Part shown: positions 36,728 to 51,999 of the stretch, one piece after another | Layout of the letters: each line of letters opens with the position of its first letter | How positions within the stretch are numbered: position 1 is the stretch's first letter | Assembly (NCBI GenBank): GCA_951406725.2 | Contig: OX597819.1 | Location: forward strand, 48,236,001 to 48,300,000 | Direction of reading: 5' to 3' | DNA length: 64,000 nt | Origin: Octopus vulgaris | Lineage: Eukaryota | Made by a program: the position numbers and the translations under genes | The notes under the pieces: generated by a model | Databases searched by the model: none | Told to the model about the DNA's origin: nothing | The model's input: the letters and a program-made list of their open reading frames with translations, nothing else

Positions 36728-36904
36728 CCTCTTTAGCGTTCAGATTACTCTGTCAAATGTAATGCCTGTTTATTCCTTTTGTTTTGAGTTAAACAAGTAT
36801 TATCCTTAGCTTCAAGATTTGGATGATGTGATGGCTTGAGGATGGATATGGCTAGTTTTGACAGAATATTTGAGCTGGATATGGATAGTTTAAATGCTCA
36901 GGGG
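36728..36904. mobile_element. TTAA MITE family 2 (internally deleted)
   Basis: CTTTAGCGTTCAGATTACTCTGTCAAATGTAATGC ... AAATGCTCAGGGG TTAA. Confidence 0.7.
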
Positions 36905-39900
36905 TTAAACTTCAATAAACAAAATGCACAGTGAGACAGAGATAAACAGACAAACAAATACTGTGTGTGTGTGCGTGCGTGAATATACTTGAATTAGAGT
37001 GGTTTGTTTCAATGCTATACAGTACTGCAAAATATATGTATAGAATTTTTTTAGCCAACGCTGTCTGTAATAGACAGATGTAAACACCTTTCCATTATAT
37101 ACAAAATCATTGAGGACAGAAAAAGCAGGATCAGCAGACTAGTTCCAATCCTGTGCTGGAATTTCATCAGCAACTCAGTACCTTGTTTGACTGTTCATGG
37201 GGAGAATGCTTATAATTCCTCTATTATTAAGAGCTCAAATAAACTGGACAGACCAATTTGCATATATAGCATTGGTGCAAGCAAGGCACCAATGTTGCTG
37301 CCCAACCACATGCTTTCATGTTCAGTCTGATTGCATAATACTTTGATTAAGTATTTTTTATTATAGCCCTCAGTTGACCAAAGCCCTGTGAGCAGATTTG
37401 ATAGATGGTAACTGAAAGAACCTTGACATATGTAGCCGTTAGTGTGTGTGTGTACCACACTTGTCTGAAAATTAACAAGCTAGAAGCATTTATGTTGTCA
37501 TCTCTCTTGTCAAATCATCTATGGGTTTTGTACCCTCAAAAACATGTAGAACAAGAGTTTCTTCACTTGGAAAACAAGGAGTTCATGACAAAAGCATCCA
37601 GCTGTAAGACAATATCTCAATAATAAAGTCATTTATAATCCATGTTAGCATGGAAAAGTAGATATAAAAACAAATAAATACATTCTTGACAGCTAGTTCA
37701 ACTAATAAATAACTGCTGCACAGTATAGTACACTTTCGGTTTCAAAAATATACTATACTACAATATTACTTTCTAAACTTGGTTTGTTTGTTTGTTTTTT
37801 TCTGTTTATCAAGATGTTATATAAAGATAAGGTGTTTACATCTCTCTATATGCGTAGTTGGCAACAATCAAAATATAATTTGTAGAGTAGTAAAGCATCA
37901 TTATTATTATAGGTTATAAGGAAATGTACTGAAATAGATTTTTAAAATCCTAAAAGATTTTATATAATATAACAAATCAAAAAAGAAAAAAAAACAATAA
38001 ATACTTTACATAGTGAGCCATTTTTCTTTATTACAAATGAAAGCTGACTTGTGTCAACAAATCTTGAGTCAAAAATACAACAATTTCTCTGAACATTAAC
38101 AGGAGATCTATGGAAGAAATACCATTCATTTCACAATGAAACATGTTTGTTTTCTAATTGTTTTATTCAGAAATGGGGTAGGGGTAAACTAGATCAGAAA
38201 ACTGTATTTAATCTCTGGATTATTGAATAAATTAGTTCTATAAATACAAAAGACTCCAAAAGAGACAATAATCCTCAGTTAGCTGTAGCATAAGCATTTT
38301 GTTTGGTTTACACCACTTCACATACACGTTTGCAGCACTCAAACCAGAAATGCACAACAGAAAATAAAATAAACACAAACACTCATATTGTAACAAGACA
38401 AATGTACAGTGAAGAGACTAAGCCAGTGAGATCTACACATTGAAGAGTTTACTCAGATGACATTCATCTTCACCGACTAATTTTCAAAGAATCTGATTTT
38501 GTTTTGTTGCCAGAGACAAATGGCTTCACAAACTGGCTGTATTCAGAAAAGAAAACTGATAAATATTCTTAGATAAAAGTTACATCTTGTGAACAAATCA
38601 TATACTGTTAACATATTGGTAATGCTACTAGTAGGCCATTCAAAAGTCTCTCGAATATTTTTGTCTGCCTGAACAAAAACAATTTTGGTATTAACGAGAA
38701 TCTTTTTTTTTTATTTCTCAAGTAAATTCTCGAGCAAACATAGGTTATGTTATGCTCTTATCAAGACTCATCAGGCTATAAATATACGACCAAACCAGCA
38801 TGTTAACTGAAATAAGAAAACTAATATTTATTTTATGTAAATTGGAGAGCTTTCTTTACCCTAATTTGGAAGTTGGGGAATTTTTTTTTTTAATCTTTTT
38901 TAATACTTCATTTTATATTTCAGCAGTAGCAGCTGCTGCTGATAATGTATTTTTAACATAATGATATTGTTTTGATAAGGCACAAGAACCAATTTATAAG
39001 AAAGGAACATCATCAACAGAATCATCTGTTTTTAATGGTACCTATATTATCAATCCAGATAGCTTGAAATGTGAAAAAAAAACAACAAACAAAAGAATTT
39101 AATCTCATTATTATCCACTATAATGAAATTAATTATATATTTTAATTATGATAATTATTGTAATCATTAATAATAATTAGAATAATTGCTGTAATGGATT
39201 CCTAAAATACAAGGGTATAAGCATAGCTATGTAGCTCAGAGTTTTGGTTTGCATATATGTGAATCTGGATTCAATCCCAGTCATATTTCTTTCTTTCTCT
39301 CTTTCTCGCTCTCCATTAATTTATCTAATGTCCTTTTTTCATGCTAGCAAAGGATGTGGATAGAGAGTTATTTGTGACAGGATTTTGACCTGATGCTCTT
39401 CTTGCTTTTAATCTTTGCATGCTTTTCAAGTCAGAGATTTCTTTATTCCACAAGTCATTGAAAGCCTACAGCAACTAGTCATAATGTCAACGTCAGCACT
39501 CACTATTACACTTAGGGTGTTGACAAGCATGCAATATAAATATTCATGCATATTCACATGTGTGCATATACACAATAAGCTTTCTACAGTTCTCATCAAC
39601 AAATTCCTTGATCAGACAAGGGCCTATCAATGCCATCTGAGGGAATCTCATAGATGACCCTTACCTAGGTGCATTGCAGTGAGACCAGACACAAAACCAT
39701 TTCACTGCAAACTTCTTAACCACAGAATCTTCTGTCGCATTATTTCCATTCAGTGCACACACACACACCTTTTCTGCTCTTTTATCCTATTCTGCTTCAT
39801 TCATTTTGTACCTGAACCTCCCCCCTCTCTCTCTCTCTTTCTTTCCAAGTGAGCAAGCCATGTATTCACCTCTTCAACAAAACACCTGATCCATATCTCT

Positions 39901-39939
39901 CTATTATAGTTTCTTATCCTGCCATTCTATACCCTACTC

Positions 39940-40154
39940 AGCTGAGGGGTCTTTTCTTGTGGGTACTTGGTGACCTCACCAGTGCTGTATGAAAAGCACC
40001 CAGTACACTGTATTAAGTGGTTGACATTAGGATGGGCATCCAACTGAAGAAACCATACCAAAACAGACATAGAATCTGGTGCAGTCTTCTTGCTCATCTG
40101 TCCAACCCATACCAGCACAATAAAGGAGACTTTAATAGTGATGATGATGATGAT
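39940..40154 (+). mobile_element. Older RTE 3' tip
   Basis: AAAAGCACCCAGTACAC..TTAGGATGGGCATCCAACTG..(GAT)n. Confidence 0.7.
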
Positions 40155-43100
40155 ATACATATCTCCCTTAGGTATATTGGCAATAGATTTAAACATCAAT
40201 GAGAAAACTGATAAATCAGTGCATCAAACAAAAAACATAATGAACCACAGAAAGCCATGGTAGTCATTGCATCCCAACTTGCACAAACATTTCCTTGTCC
40301 CTCTTGCTGTCTAAACTACATTGAATCAATGATAGGTACATTGGAAACTCGTAACCACTGATGCTGTTCACAAAATTACAATAAACTGAGAAAACAGCCA
40401 AAAGTAAGCCTTCAAATAAAATAGTTTTTCACATGTTAACACTACAAGTGACCTGGTTTTGGAAATGTCGACTCCAGCACAATTATTGCAGCAATTGCAT
40501 TTTTTCTTTCTGTTTTTTTAAATACCAAGTGATATTGAAGCAATATCTTCTTTCTGCTAGGTTGACTAAAGCAAGTAATATAATTTGCCTAAGGGTATAA
40601 TAACACCCTTCTCCCCCATCCTGTTGTTAACATGAATGAGGTGTTTCTGGAAATTTAGGCATTGGCTTCAATTGTAATTTCCAATGCCAAACAAGTCAAC
40701 TGAAAAATTAGAATGATGTCTATTTTCAGTAAAGATGTGGAGTATTGGGTGTCTTGCTTAAGGGAACAATGCTAAAGTATTATTTGAACTAATGACCTTT
40801 AAGCACAAACATAATCAATAATTCATTAGGATGGAAATATGTTATAATTCATTGTTCCAGAGAAATTTTTTTTAATCTGAATCTGTGTGTGTGTGTGTGT
40901 GTGTGTACATGAAGAAAAACTTTGCTGCATTGATCTCTAGTATAGAAATAAATTTTTAACAAGTATTTTTCATTAGACTGAGGAAAAAAGAAACATCAGG
41001 AAACCATTATGGCAATTTTCTATATATAAATTGCAGCAGCATAACTTTGCAAACTAATAAATAGCTAATAGTAAGTTGATGTTAACATATCTAATTCATA
41101 GAGCATTAAAAAGCTAGCTGGAAATAAATATTCTATGTAAGAAGAATATTAGTCAATGACTAATATTATTTTTCTTTATCTAGCAAAAACAGAGATAAAT
41201 CTAGACTAGTTTCAGTTTTATTTTAATCTCATCAATGAAGACCATCTTTCACGCTATTTACTGAAAGCAGTGATGGAGTCACTAAGTAAGTAAACAAAAT
41301 TGTACAGTTGTCGAAGAAGGAAACTAAAACAGTTTTGAAATTAAATAATTCTAAGACACTATCTGATGAAAATGTATTACATATAAGCACAGGTGTGGCT
41401 CTGTGGTTAAGAATTTTGCTTCAGAACTACATTGTTTGGAGTTCAATCCCACCACATGGACACAGTCAGTTGGTGTATTCTACTATAGTTGCAGGTTGGC
41501 CAACACTTTGTCACTGAAATTTGAAAAATGGAAACTGGAAAAAGTCCATTGTAAATGTGTGTTCCATTTCTTTTGTCTTTTTAACATGTGCCTACCAGTT
41601 TATATAAAAAGGCATCAGCATTCATACAAACAGCATAGTTTTGTCAACAGTTCACTGCAAAAGCATGTCCAGGCTGTTCCATTGTTCAACAGAACATGTA
41701 AACAGGTGGGGATTGGTGATAGGAAAGATATCCAGCTACAGAAATATCTGCCCTAATGGAGTCTTGCCTGAAAGCCATGCAAGCATAGAAAAGTAAATGT
41801 GATGATGACATAAGTGTATTTATCTCCCATATATGAAGCCAACTAGAAATATATATATATATATGATGAGGATAAATAGTAACTGTTAGAAAGCTTGGTA
41901 AATTTAATATGTTCAGATACTGAAGAAAGTGTTATATAATCTCACAAGGGGTAACGAAGAACTTTACGAAGTTGACAAGTAAGACAATGAAACTTGATTC
42001 ATGGGCAGAAAGAATTATTTGGTTGAGAGTAGATACTGCTTTATATTTTGGCAGAAAGTAAATAGTTTTATTTCATTTATTTGCAATTAGAAAAGCTTTA
42101 AAAAAAAACAAACTCATTGACTATGTGAATCTGTGTGTCCTGCAACTGCCTGACAACCAGTGTTGTTTTCATTGTACTCCCTAACTTAGGAGTTCAACAA
42201 AAGGGACCAATAGAATAAGTACCAAGCTTTAAAAAAATAAAGTAAAGGAATTAATTTGTTTGGCTAAAGCCTAACAAGGCAGTGTCCCAACATGGCCACA
42301 GTCCATTGACTGAAACAAGTATAAGATAAAGATAACAGATTTTTATTTTCCTTGAATGAAATGCAAACAAAGCCAAAAGATCCAGTCTTTAGTAGTGTTA
42401 CTGTTCCTAACAACAACAACACTGAATTTTAAAAAGTTATAAATTAATGAATGAGTGAAAACTTAATATTTACAAACTACTCCAACATTTAAATGGAGTT
42501 GATAAAAAATTTATGACTAAAATTTTAAGTAATTTAAGTTGCAAATTTTATGTGAAACTAGGCATTAACAGAAGTAAAGGGAGTGTAATTATAATGTCCC
42601 TAAATTTCCTTTCTTAATAGGGTATTAGTGACAAGTGTGAAAACCATTCCAATGGGGAACATGATTTGCCATCATATCAGATCCACCACACTAACATCTT
42701 AATCTAAAAATAGCCTTAAATAAAAAAAAATTTTAAATACATTTAAAATGAGGATACATAATGAAAAATAAAACAACTCAGGCAAAGAAAACTAAATAAA
42801 AAGTCAACTCATGGTGCTGTTTTATAAAATGTCTAAGTTATTATGGTAATGAGAAAATGATGAGGATAATATACATTTGGTATATTATATGAGGATAATA
42901 TACATCTGGTTGAGATTTGCAGAATCATCTAACTTTTCTTTTATGTGTGTATGTGTGTGTGTTTTTATTAATTTATTTGCAGAAATATATACATGCATGT
43001 ATCTGTTATGTTCAACAAAAACAGTATTAGATCAAAATAGTAATCCGTGTGTAACGTTCATGCAAAAACGATGCAATATTGTGTGTGAAGAAAGCTTTTT

Positions 43101-43553
43101 TAAACTCTGCTTGTGAAGACCCTAAACTCTGCTTGCGAAGACCTATTTAAGCAAGTGAAATCAAAATCAAATTCGATGACTGGCATCCGTGCTAGTGGAA
43201 CGCTAAGAGTACCATACGAGTGAGATTGTTGCCAGGGCAACAAGCCAGCCTCCGTGCCGATGGCACATTAAAAACACCATTTGAGCATGATCGTTACCTG
43301 CGTCACCTTACTAGCACTTGTGCTGGTGACACAGGAAAAAAAAACATTCGAGCGAGGTTGTTGCCAGTGCCGCCTGACTGGCACGTAAAAGCACCCACTA
43401 CACTCTCGGAGAGGTTGGCATTAGGAAGGGCATCCAGCTGTAGAAACTCTGCCAGATCAGATTGGAGTCTGGTGCAGCCATCTGGTTCGCCAGACCTCAG
43501 TCAAATCGTCCAACCCATGCTAGCATGGAAAGAGGACAAACGATGATAATGAT
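43101..43553 (+). mobile_element. RTE 3' UTR copy
   Basis: GAAGACCTATTTAAGCAAGTGAAATCAAAATC ... GGCACGTAAAAGCACCCACTACACTC ... GATGATAATGAT. Confidence 0.85.
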
Positions 43554-44321
43554 ATCAAATTTTACATTTGGGATTTTATGATTTACATTTTACACAAGAA
43601 TTCTTCCTACAATATGCACAAAGTCAGAAATTTGAGGTGGAAGGAGGATAGTCAAATATATTGACCCCAGTGCTCAACTGGTACTTATTTTATTGACATC
43701 CACCCCCAAAGGATGGAAGGCAAAGTTGACTTCAGAATAAAGATATAGTAATTTCAAATTTTGGCACAAAGCCAGTAATTTTTGGGGAAAGAGGATTAGC
43801 TGATTACATCAACTCCAGTGCTCAATTAGTACTTATTTTGTTGGTTCTGAAAGGAAGAAAGGCAAAGATGGCCTTAGTGGAATACAAACTTAGAACATAA
43901 AGAGCCACAAGAAATATGGCTAGGCATTTTGTCAGATGTGTTCACTGCCTTCAATCATTATCATCATTTAATGTCAGGTTTCGATGTTGGCATGGGTTGG
44001 ACAGCTTGACAAGAGCCGGCAAGGACAGGGACTACTACCAATAATGCTTACATTCAATAATGATAATAATAATTTCCTTATCTATACTCATTTTTGTGCA
44101 ACAGCGATATCAAGTTAACAACTCACTCTCAGCCATTTTGATCAAATATTTTGAACAGCTGTGAGCAATAAGCTAAAAATAAACTGGAGGTTAGCTGACT
44201 TATTTGTTGCAAAGACAGAGAAGCCAAAAGAAACTATAGAATGAATAAAGAAATAAAAACCTAGAAACAGATAAATAGGCATTATTAAATCTAAAATGTC
44301 AAGAACAAAGTATAGTATATG

Positions 44322-44359
<38 letters not shown>

Positions 44360-44685
44360 GTGTGTATGTATGTGTGTGTGTGTGTGTACACACACAGAAA
44401 GAGGGAGAGGGACAAAGCCCAAAAGCTGAGAAATAGAACACTTGCCATCTGTATGGTAAACAAAACCAAGAGACTGGTAGTTACTGTCAAATTCCATGGG
44501 TTTTTATTATAGTTTAGTTTATTTTTGGAGTGTTATTTATTTCACTGCAAATTTGAAAAAAGAGATAAACAATTCGTGAATATAAGTTTATAATTTGTCC
44601 ACAAGTATGATACCCTTGCTAACTAATACTGACTATTCACCTATTAGCTGGTAATAAAATGTGACATTTCTGGAGAAAATCCATT

Positions 44686-45057
44686 ATCTCTGTTACTTGT
44701 TTCCATCTCTGGACTACGGCCATGCTAGGGCACTGCCCTGAAGTATTTTAGTCAAACAAATCAGCTCCTGTACTTTTTTTTTAAGAACTTATTTTATTGG
44801 ATCTTTTGCGAAACTGCAAAGTTATAGGGATCTAAACAAACCAACACCAGTTGTCAAGCAGTGACTGTATACATGCACACGCACACACACATACACACAC
44901 ACACAACAGGCTTATTTTAATTTACATCTACCAAATCCACTCACAAGGTTTTGATTGGCCTGGGGCTATAATAGAAAACACCTGCCCAAGATGCCATGCT
45001 GTGGAACCGAACCCAGAACCATATGGATGAAAAGCAAACTTCTGACTACACACCTAC
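44686..45057 (-). mobile_element. Older family A SINE
   Basis: Homologous along its length. Confidence 0.75.
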
Positions 45058-45837
45058 ATGAATGTACAATAACTTTTTGAAAACAAGACTAGAATTTGAA
45101 GGAACCAGTGATGGTCTGCATCATCAAAAGACAGTTAATAAACTAAGTTAACTTCAAGTTCCAAGAAGAAGAAAGAGACTTTGCAAACCAAACATCAAGA
45201 CAAACCTTTAATCACAGCACAGTGACTTATTTTATATATTTTAATACTTGTGCATTGTCTCAGCTTAAAGATTTAAATATTGCCTCTGTTTGTTGTTGCA
45301 ATGTCCTCCGTTTATTGTTGCATAGCCCTAACTCAGCCCTGAGTTAACGAGATGAAAAAACTTTCAGGTATGACCATCCTGTATTTTTATGCATCAGAGA
45401 CTATACTGTCCAAAGCATCTTTTATTTAAGAGAGTATTGTGTTTAATTTGAGGAAGATTTAGTTACCGTTTCTAGCAGCTTAAGCAACTGTATAGAGACT
45501 CCTGCATTAGTCCCTCTTAGTTCTACATTCACTATGTATATATACCATGTCTTTATGTTGATAGAAAATATAGATTTTGAATTAAATTCATCATCCTTCT
45601 GATTGAACAGTGATAATTCTAATATCATTGTAATGTAATGAAAGGAAATATAAAATCTGAGTCTTCAAAATTTCTGATTTTTCAATTTCAATTTCTAATA
45701 GAAAAATCAATTTGGAAAATATGCTATATTTTAAGTTCTCAGAATGTAGATAGAATGACTGATAAAGTAGGAAATGTATGCCATATACAAAACAATCAGC
45801 AATTACCAAGAGTAAACAGAATCAATTTATGCTTTAA

Positions 45838-46058
45838 CACTTTTGATACCAACCCACATGAGACAGCCACTAGTTGTATGAAACAAGTTCTTGTTTTAAA
45901 GTGATCTAAATTAAAACCTGCTATCAAAATCTCATGTTAATTTGTGTTTCAAACATCAGTTTAATAATTACAAAGTTATTTTACAACTTTTTCATTATTT
46001 TCAAAATTAATTGAAATAAAGACAATATATTTCAACAGAAATATGATAACAAAAAAGG
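45838..46058. mobile_element. TTAA MITE family 1 (older)
   Basis: TTAA CACTTTTGATACCAACCC ... GATAACAAAAAAGG TTAA. Confidence 0.75.
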
Positions 46059-49000
46059 TTAATAATTTAAAAGAGGGCCTTTTCAAGAATTCAGAGTAAA
46101 ACAACACATGACACTATGATTGAAGATACTTGTCCAAGGTCCAGCACAGGGGAATTAAACCAAGAACCATACAATTCCAAAGCAAACCTCTTAACTACAC
46201 AACTATGAAGGAAAGAACAATTATTCTTTTCTGCAAAATCCTAAATTATAAGCACGAAGAAGTCCAAACTTTACAGTTGGTCTCAGAAAATAAAAAAATT
46301 AATAATAAAGGTATTAGCTATTAAAGATACAGTTTAAGAAAATAAAATAAAATGTTTGAAATTAATTTTTTTTAGTGAATCTTCCTCAAGCATGACTTAA
46401 AAGATAAAACAGGGTAATTTCAATAGTATTAAACAGCTACTACATCCCAAAATAGGATACTGGTCCATTGTAAATAAATTCCATTGATTTCTTCACCAAA
46501 ACAAACAGAGTGCTTCAAGTGGGATAGAAATTTACAAAGTAGAAACTAATGAGATATTTCATACAATTCATGCCAAGAAAGAAAATTAAACAGAAATAAT
46601 AAATTTGAAATTTGATTTTTCTTCTTTTTTTTTCAGACTGATAAAAATTCTGAAGTGAATTAGTGAATAAATAAAAATATCTAGAAAGAGTTTAATCCTA
46701 TATATGACATAAGCTGTTTTAATTGGCCCACGTATTTTACAGAAAACTCGTCAGAAGTTAAAGAAAAATCTATTTAAAGCTGTGTAAGAACCAGTCTTTT
46801 TTTTAAGGAGATATTAAGAAAAAAGAAACAAAAAGAAAAAAGAGCTATTCGCCTAAGGCTTCAAACGGACAGAACAAACCAGTGACAAGAAGAATTACCA
46901 TATAAGTCTAAGATGTTTTATGCCACAATTCAAGCTACCAAGAAATATATTCTTCAAAGAATTCAGTTGTAAGGACTGCTTAGTCTCTTTCACAACTCTG
47001 TTTATAACAAACAACATTCCAGCAGTAGCTACAAGCACTAGTAGCAAAAGCATAATATTTATGGAAGAGGAAGTAAGTATGAGAAGTGGTTTTCTTCAAG
47101 AACAAGTGCAGTCATTATTCATCTACTTCTAGCTGTAGACAGCTATTGTGGTCATGCAAAGCTCCAATACTTGGAGAATGCCATTTAGTTAGAATTTACT
47201 GCATCAACAATCAAGGACCACTGAATATACTAATTTGAGCAATGATATTATTAAATAGATTTCCACACAAATTGTGCTATGATATAAGCAAGTGTTTTAC
47301 CATTATATTTCTAACAATGTTTTCCATTTACTAGAAGAAAAAATGTCATTATCACTATAATGTCCACTTTTCCATGCTCATATGGGTCACACCGAAAATG
47401 CTGAGGTAAATTTTCCACAGCTGTTTGCTCTTTTACATTTATAACTATCAAGTAATATTAAGACAAGGACACACACACACATATATATATATATGACAAG
47501 CTTCTCTTAGTTTACATCTACCAGATCCATTCATAAGGTTTTGGTCAGCCAGATGCTATAGTAGAAGACACTTGTCCAAAGCTCCACAGTGCAACTAAAT
47601 CCAAAACCATGTGGAATGCAAGCAAACTTCTTAGCCACACAATCACAGCTGCACCTATATGCCTACATACAAAAATTAAAATATCTAAAGTCATATTTCC
47701 AGCAAAATCACTTGTCAAAACACACATACACACAAATATACACACACACAACCACCACATGACATATTCAGACAAAGTAAAAGTATTCACTTCAAAGCAA
47801 CAATGGAAACAAGGATATATAATTCAAGTTCAAAAAGCAAAAAATGTTTTCAAAAACTCAGAAAACAATGCCCTTGTTTTCAGTGCTACCACCCAATGCC
47901 ATATATCTAAAACATTGATGCCAATGTTATGTTTAAAGCTTATACAAAACTTATTCTTAAGTCTATCATTTTATCAATTGACAGTGCATGACTTAACAGG
48001 GTTTTGCACTCGTGATCACAAGATCAAGATGATGGTTTCATTTCCCAAATTAGATGGCGTGTCTTAAGCAAGATGCTTCATTTCACATTTCCCAGATCAT
48101 CCAGCAGCAAATAAGTAACCCTGCAAAGGACTGGCATCCTATTCAGAAGGAATGTTATGATCTCAGTTTCCATGTAAACTAGAAAACCAGTCCTATGAGT
48201 TCTGGAATTCAAGGCAGTATTTTTTTTACATTTTACCGATTAGAAGTGAAATAGTTAGATATGGCTAAAATACTAGGAGTACTGACAAATGAGCAGCAAC
48301 TTCAGACGAAAATGTTAATTATCAACTTTTCACAGTTAGGCTAAAATTGTTATTTTACTAGAAAACAAATATCTGTAAATTTGCCTTACATATTTATTTA
48401 CACAAGCAAGTATGTTGTCAAGTTCTGGATAGCTGATTACATTTTTTTTCATGACTACAGTTCAAATAGCTAAGAGAAATAAGTAGATACAAATCTATTC
48501 TGCAACAAACTAGTGCTTTGTTCCATAGCAATTTATCTATCACCCACTTAATAGTACATAAAACCTGAGCAGAGCTCTGATGCTACGGATTTATGCAATT
48601 CAAAGGATTAGTTTCAATGTTCCAAGATAGGCTAATGTTGAATAGCTGAAGTCTTGAGACATTCCTTAAAAACACAATTGTAAATGGTAATGCTATATAG
48701 AAGATCAGTGAAACTAAGAAAGTAGCATATCAAATCCATGGCTTCAAAGCTCAAACATTTGAAAAGCTTAAAGTGATACAGTAGATGGTAGGAGGAATAA
48801 ATTTTTGAAAATAACACCTTGTATTGCATACCACTTTATATAACAAATTCAAATTTTGCCAGAGACAACTTTGCTTTTCGTTATCCAAGGTTCATTAAAA
48901 ATACACAGAAGATGACTACTGAGATCATTTCAAACAATTACAACCACTTCCTGAAAATATATTCCTTGCACTAATACAAGAAATATTAGCGGAATGAATG

Positions 49001-49559
49001 GCAAATTTAGTAAGACCCCAGACAAAATAACTTATAGTGTTTAGTTACAGCCATTTATGTTAATGCCACATCTTACACATTTATCTTTCATCTATCCAAA
49101 ACCAAAATAATTAAGTACTAGTAATATACTAGTAACCAATTTAATTGAATATAAATACCTCTCTCCTATAAATCTGCCCTTTTGTTAATGAAAAAAAATT
49201 AGTATTACAACTTCATATAATACCCATTTATTGAGTGTGAGTAAAATTTTAATTCAACCCTAAATGATACTGATATTTAATTTTGATTGCACTTAAATTT
49301 AAAACCAACAAATTTTGCAGCATGTGCTTGCTTGGCTCTCTCTTCTGATCACCATTCTATTTGTCTACACAACCCCAAAATTTACCTTAGTAGCAACTTA
49401 CTTCATTTTTAACCACTTGCAAATTCATATAGAAATGATACTATCCTTCACTTCTCCATACAGACATCACCCACATGCAGTCTTATCTCTGATTTTCAAT
49501 GTCTTCATAAACAGAGACCTCATAAATATCTTCTAATGAGGACATTATCTCCTTTAAAA

Positions 49560-50020
49560 TCACCAAGTCAATGCATGTAGAAAAGAAGTTTTATTCCATA
49601 CCTTCCCTAGACTCGACCAACACACTTAAAGATCTCAATATCACTGCAAAATCTTTTATGGCAACCCTACATGTATAACAAAGCCAAAACTGCATCCCAA
49701 AATCCAGGCTCCCTCTCCTAATTAAAAAAAACTTCACTCCCAATAAATTATCAATCTTTTACAAAGCTCAAGAGTGATCCATAACTTGGGTGCCATATGA
49801 AAAAAAAAAAAACTACCATTTGACTAATTAGTAAAAGACTCATTCACCAAACATCTGGCTCACTGATGTGCTGGTGCTTCTCTATTATTCCGAACACTAT
49901 TACAACAAAAACACTCAGAGTTCCTTTCCATCTACATTTTCCCTACCAATGTTAACCAACAGATGTTCAAACTGATCACCAACTACATTATTCCATCCTC
50001 CTGATTACCTGAAACCCAAA
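49560..50020 (+). mobile_element. Very old LINE (CR1/L2-like) C-terminal relic
   Basis: Fragments AKTASQ..., KKNFTPNKLSIFYKAQ resemble the FTP.QLL.LYKAQ.RP motif. Confidence 0.45.
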
Positions 50021-51999
50021 AAGTCAGTGTACATTACAGAATTAAGTGATTCATTCTTGTGCAATATTGGAATGAATTTTAAAGTTTTTGAGAATCATTT
50101 GATAATAGAAAAACAACAACTGTAAAAACACAATACAAAAGATTTATTATCCCCAGTTTATGAAAGACCTGCACAAGACTAATGAAAATTCTGTATATTT
50201 TAACATTATAGAAAGGAATACATGGCAAGTGCAAATAGATTAGCACATAAGAATGGTCACCAGATTAAAGATTTGAAGGGAAAGAAGCTTATCAGATCCT
50301 AAACCAGAGAAGAGAAAACAACATGATTAACAGAACAAGATGGGAGAAAAGAGACAAATTCATTCATCAAAATAATGCCACCATATGTGAATCAATTAGG
50401 CAATGATCTGTATCATAAATTAAAAGTATGTCAATTAAATGCTTCCTTTCAAAATTCAGAGCATTAAGTCAATTAATATGTCATCACATATGATTTACTT
50501 TACAAATGTTTGTTATGCAGTTAATTTCCACTCTAAAATAATACTACAAATACAACCAATGCTTTTTAACAACTTTAAACAAGCATTTCACATTTTTGCA
50601 CATATGCACGTTCATGTATGTAGAGATAGAAAGAAAAACAAATATTTCTTCCAAGAGGTAATTAAAATTCTGAGTAAATATAGTACGAAGGAGAAGAAAA
50701 AAATGGGTAAGAGAATGAATAGCAAAGAGAATGATGCTACTGCTAATTTATAAAAACTCTGTTACATATTAAGTATGAGCTCATTGCTAACTAATATGAT
50801 AGATATCTACTAGAATGACATAGTAATCAGCAACAATAATAGCATAGTTTCAAAGTTTAAAATGTTTTATTGAAAATAATCATGAGGACAGGCTTTATCT
50901 ATGGACTATAAGATAGGAGAGAAACTGCTGGAAGTCATTGACCTAAATAAATATATTCAAACACTATCACCCCTTAGACAGAACTCAAAAATAACACAAG
51001 AATTGTGAGGCAAGAAAAATATTAAATTGCTATCTGCTCTCTCAAATACTGGAATTTTCAACATATGCAATCTGTAAAATAAAGTTTCTTGTTCAATTCT
51101 CAGTATAACTAAATTCTATGATTTAAGAAAATATCATTAGCTCACCAGCTAGACCAACTATTTTGGCACAATCCTTATTTTTTTAATAATTTTAGGTACA
51201 TTACCAAAAAAGGAATTGTGGTTAATTGAATTAGGTGCCAAAACTTAGGCTTAAAAATTACTGACAAATTAGCATGTTAGGTTTGTAAGTAATACTGTCA
51301 ATGTTTTTTTTTATAAGACTTATTTGGAAAAGGGGCAGCTTCTACAACCCTTTTCTGCCAATTCATCCTACTTTTGAAATTTGTGTTGTTGAAGAAAGAC
51401 AAGCAAATTGGTCCCTCTCAGGCCTAAAAGATGTAACACTAATAAAACAACTATAAAATTTTATACTCCACCCACGAAACAATCATACAAAGCTAACATG
51501 AGAATTTTGTTTTTTATTGACATGCAAACTTACAGAATGAAAAAGAAAAATTCTCTCAAGACACACACACACACAAGTTATTTTTGATAAGTTCAAAATT
51601 AATTAGAAGAAAACTCAAATAAGAGAAGGCATATGAGAAAAATTATTTTCTTTTTCGCTATCATATTTCTATCACTCAAAGTGATCCTTTAATGCAAGGA
51701 ACAAACTTAAGTAGAGTCATTTTTGTTAGTGAAGATTTTCTTTTTCTTCTCTTTTTCCTTTTTTCTTTCATAAAAATTGAGTGCTTGATGTTATGATCTT
51801 AAAAAAGTTATTTACCACATAAAAACATTTTGGTAACACTTATGGCATGTCTCAGACATTTCTTCCAGCTCAGACTTTTGTCCTTTTAGGGATCAATAAA
51901 ATGAGTACCAGTTGAACACTGGGGAACCAATATAATTGACTTAACCTTCCTGTAAAATTTCTGGCCTTGAACCAAAATTTAAAACCATTAACATAATTG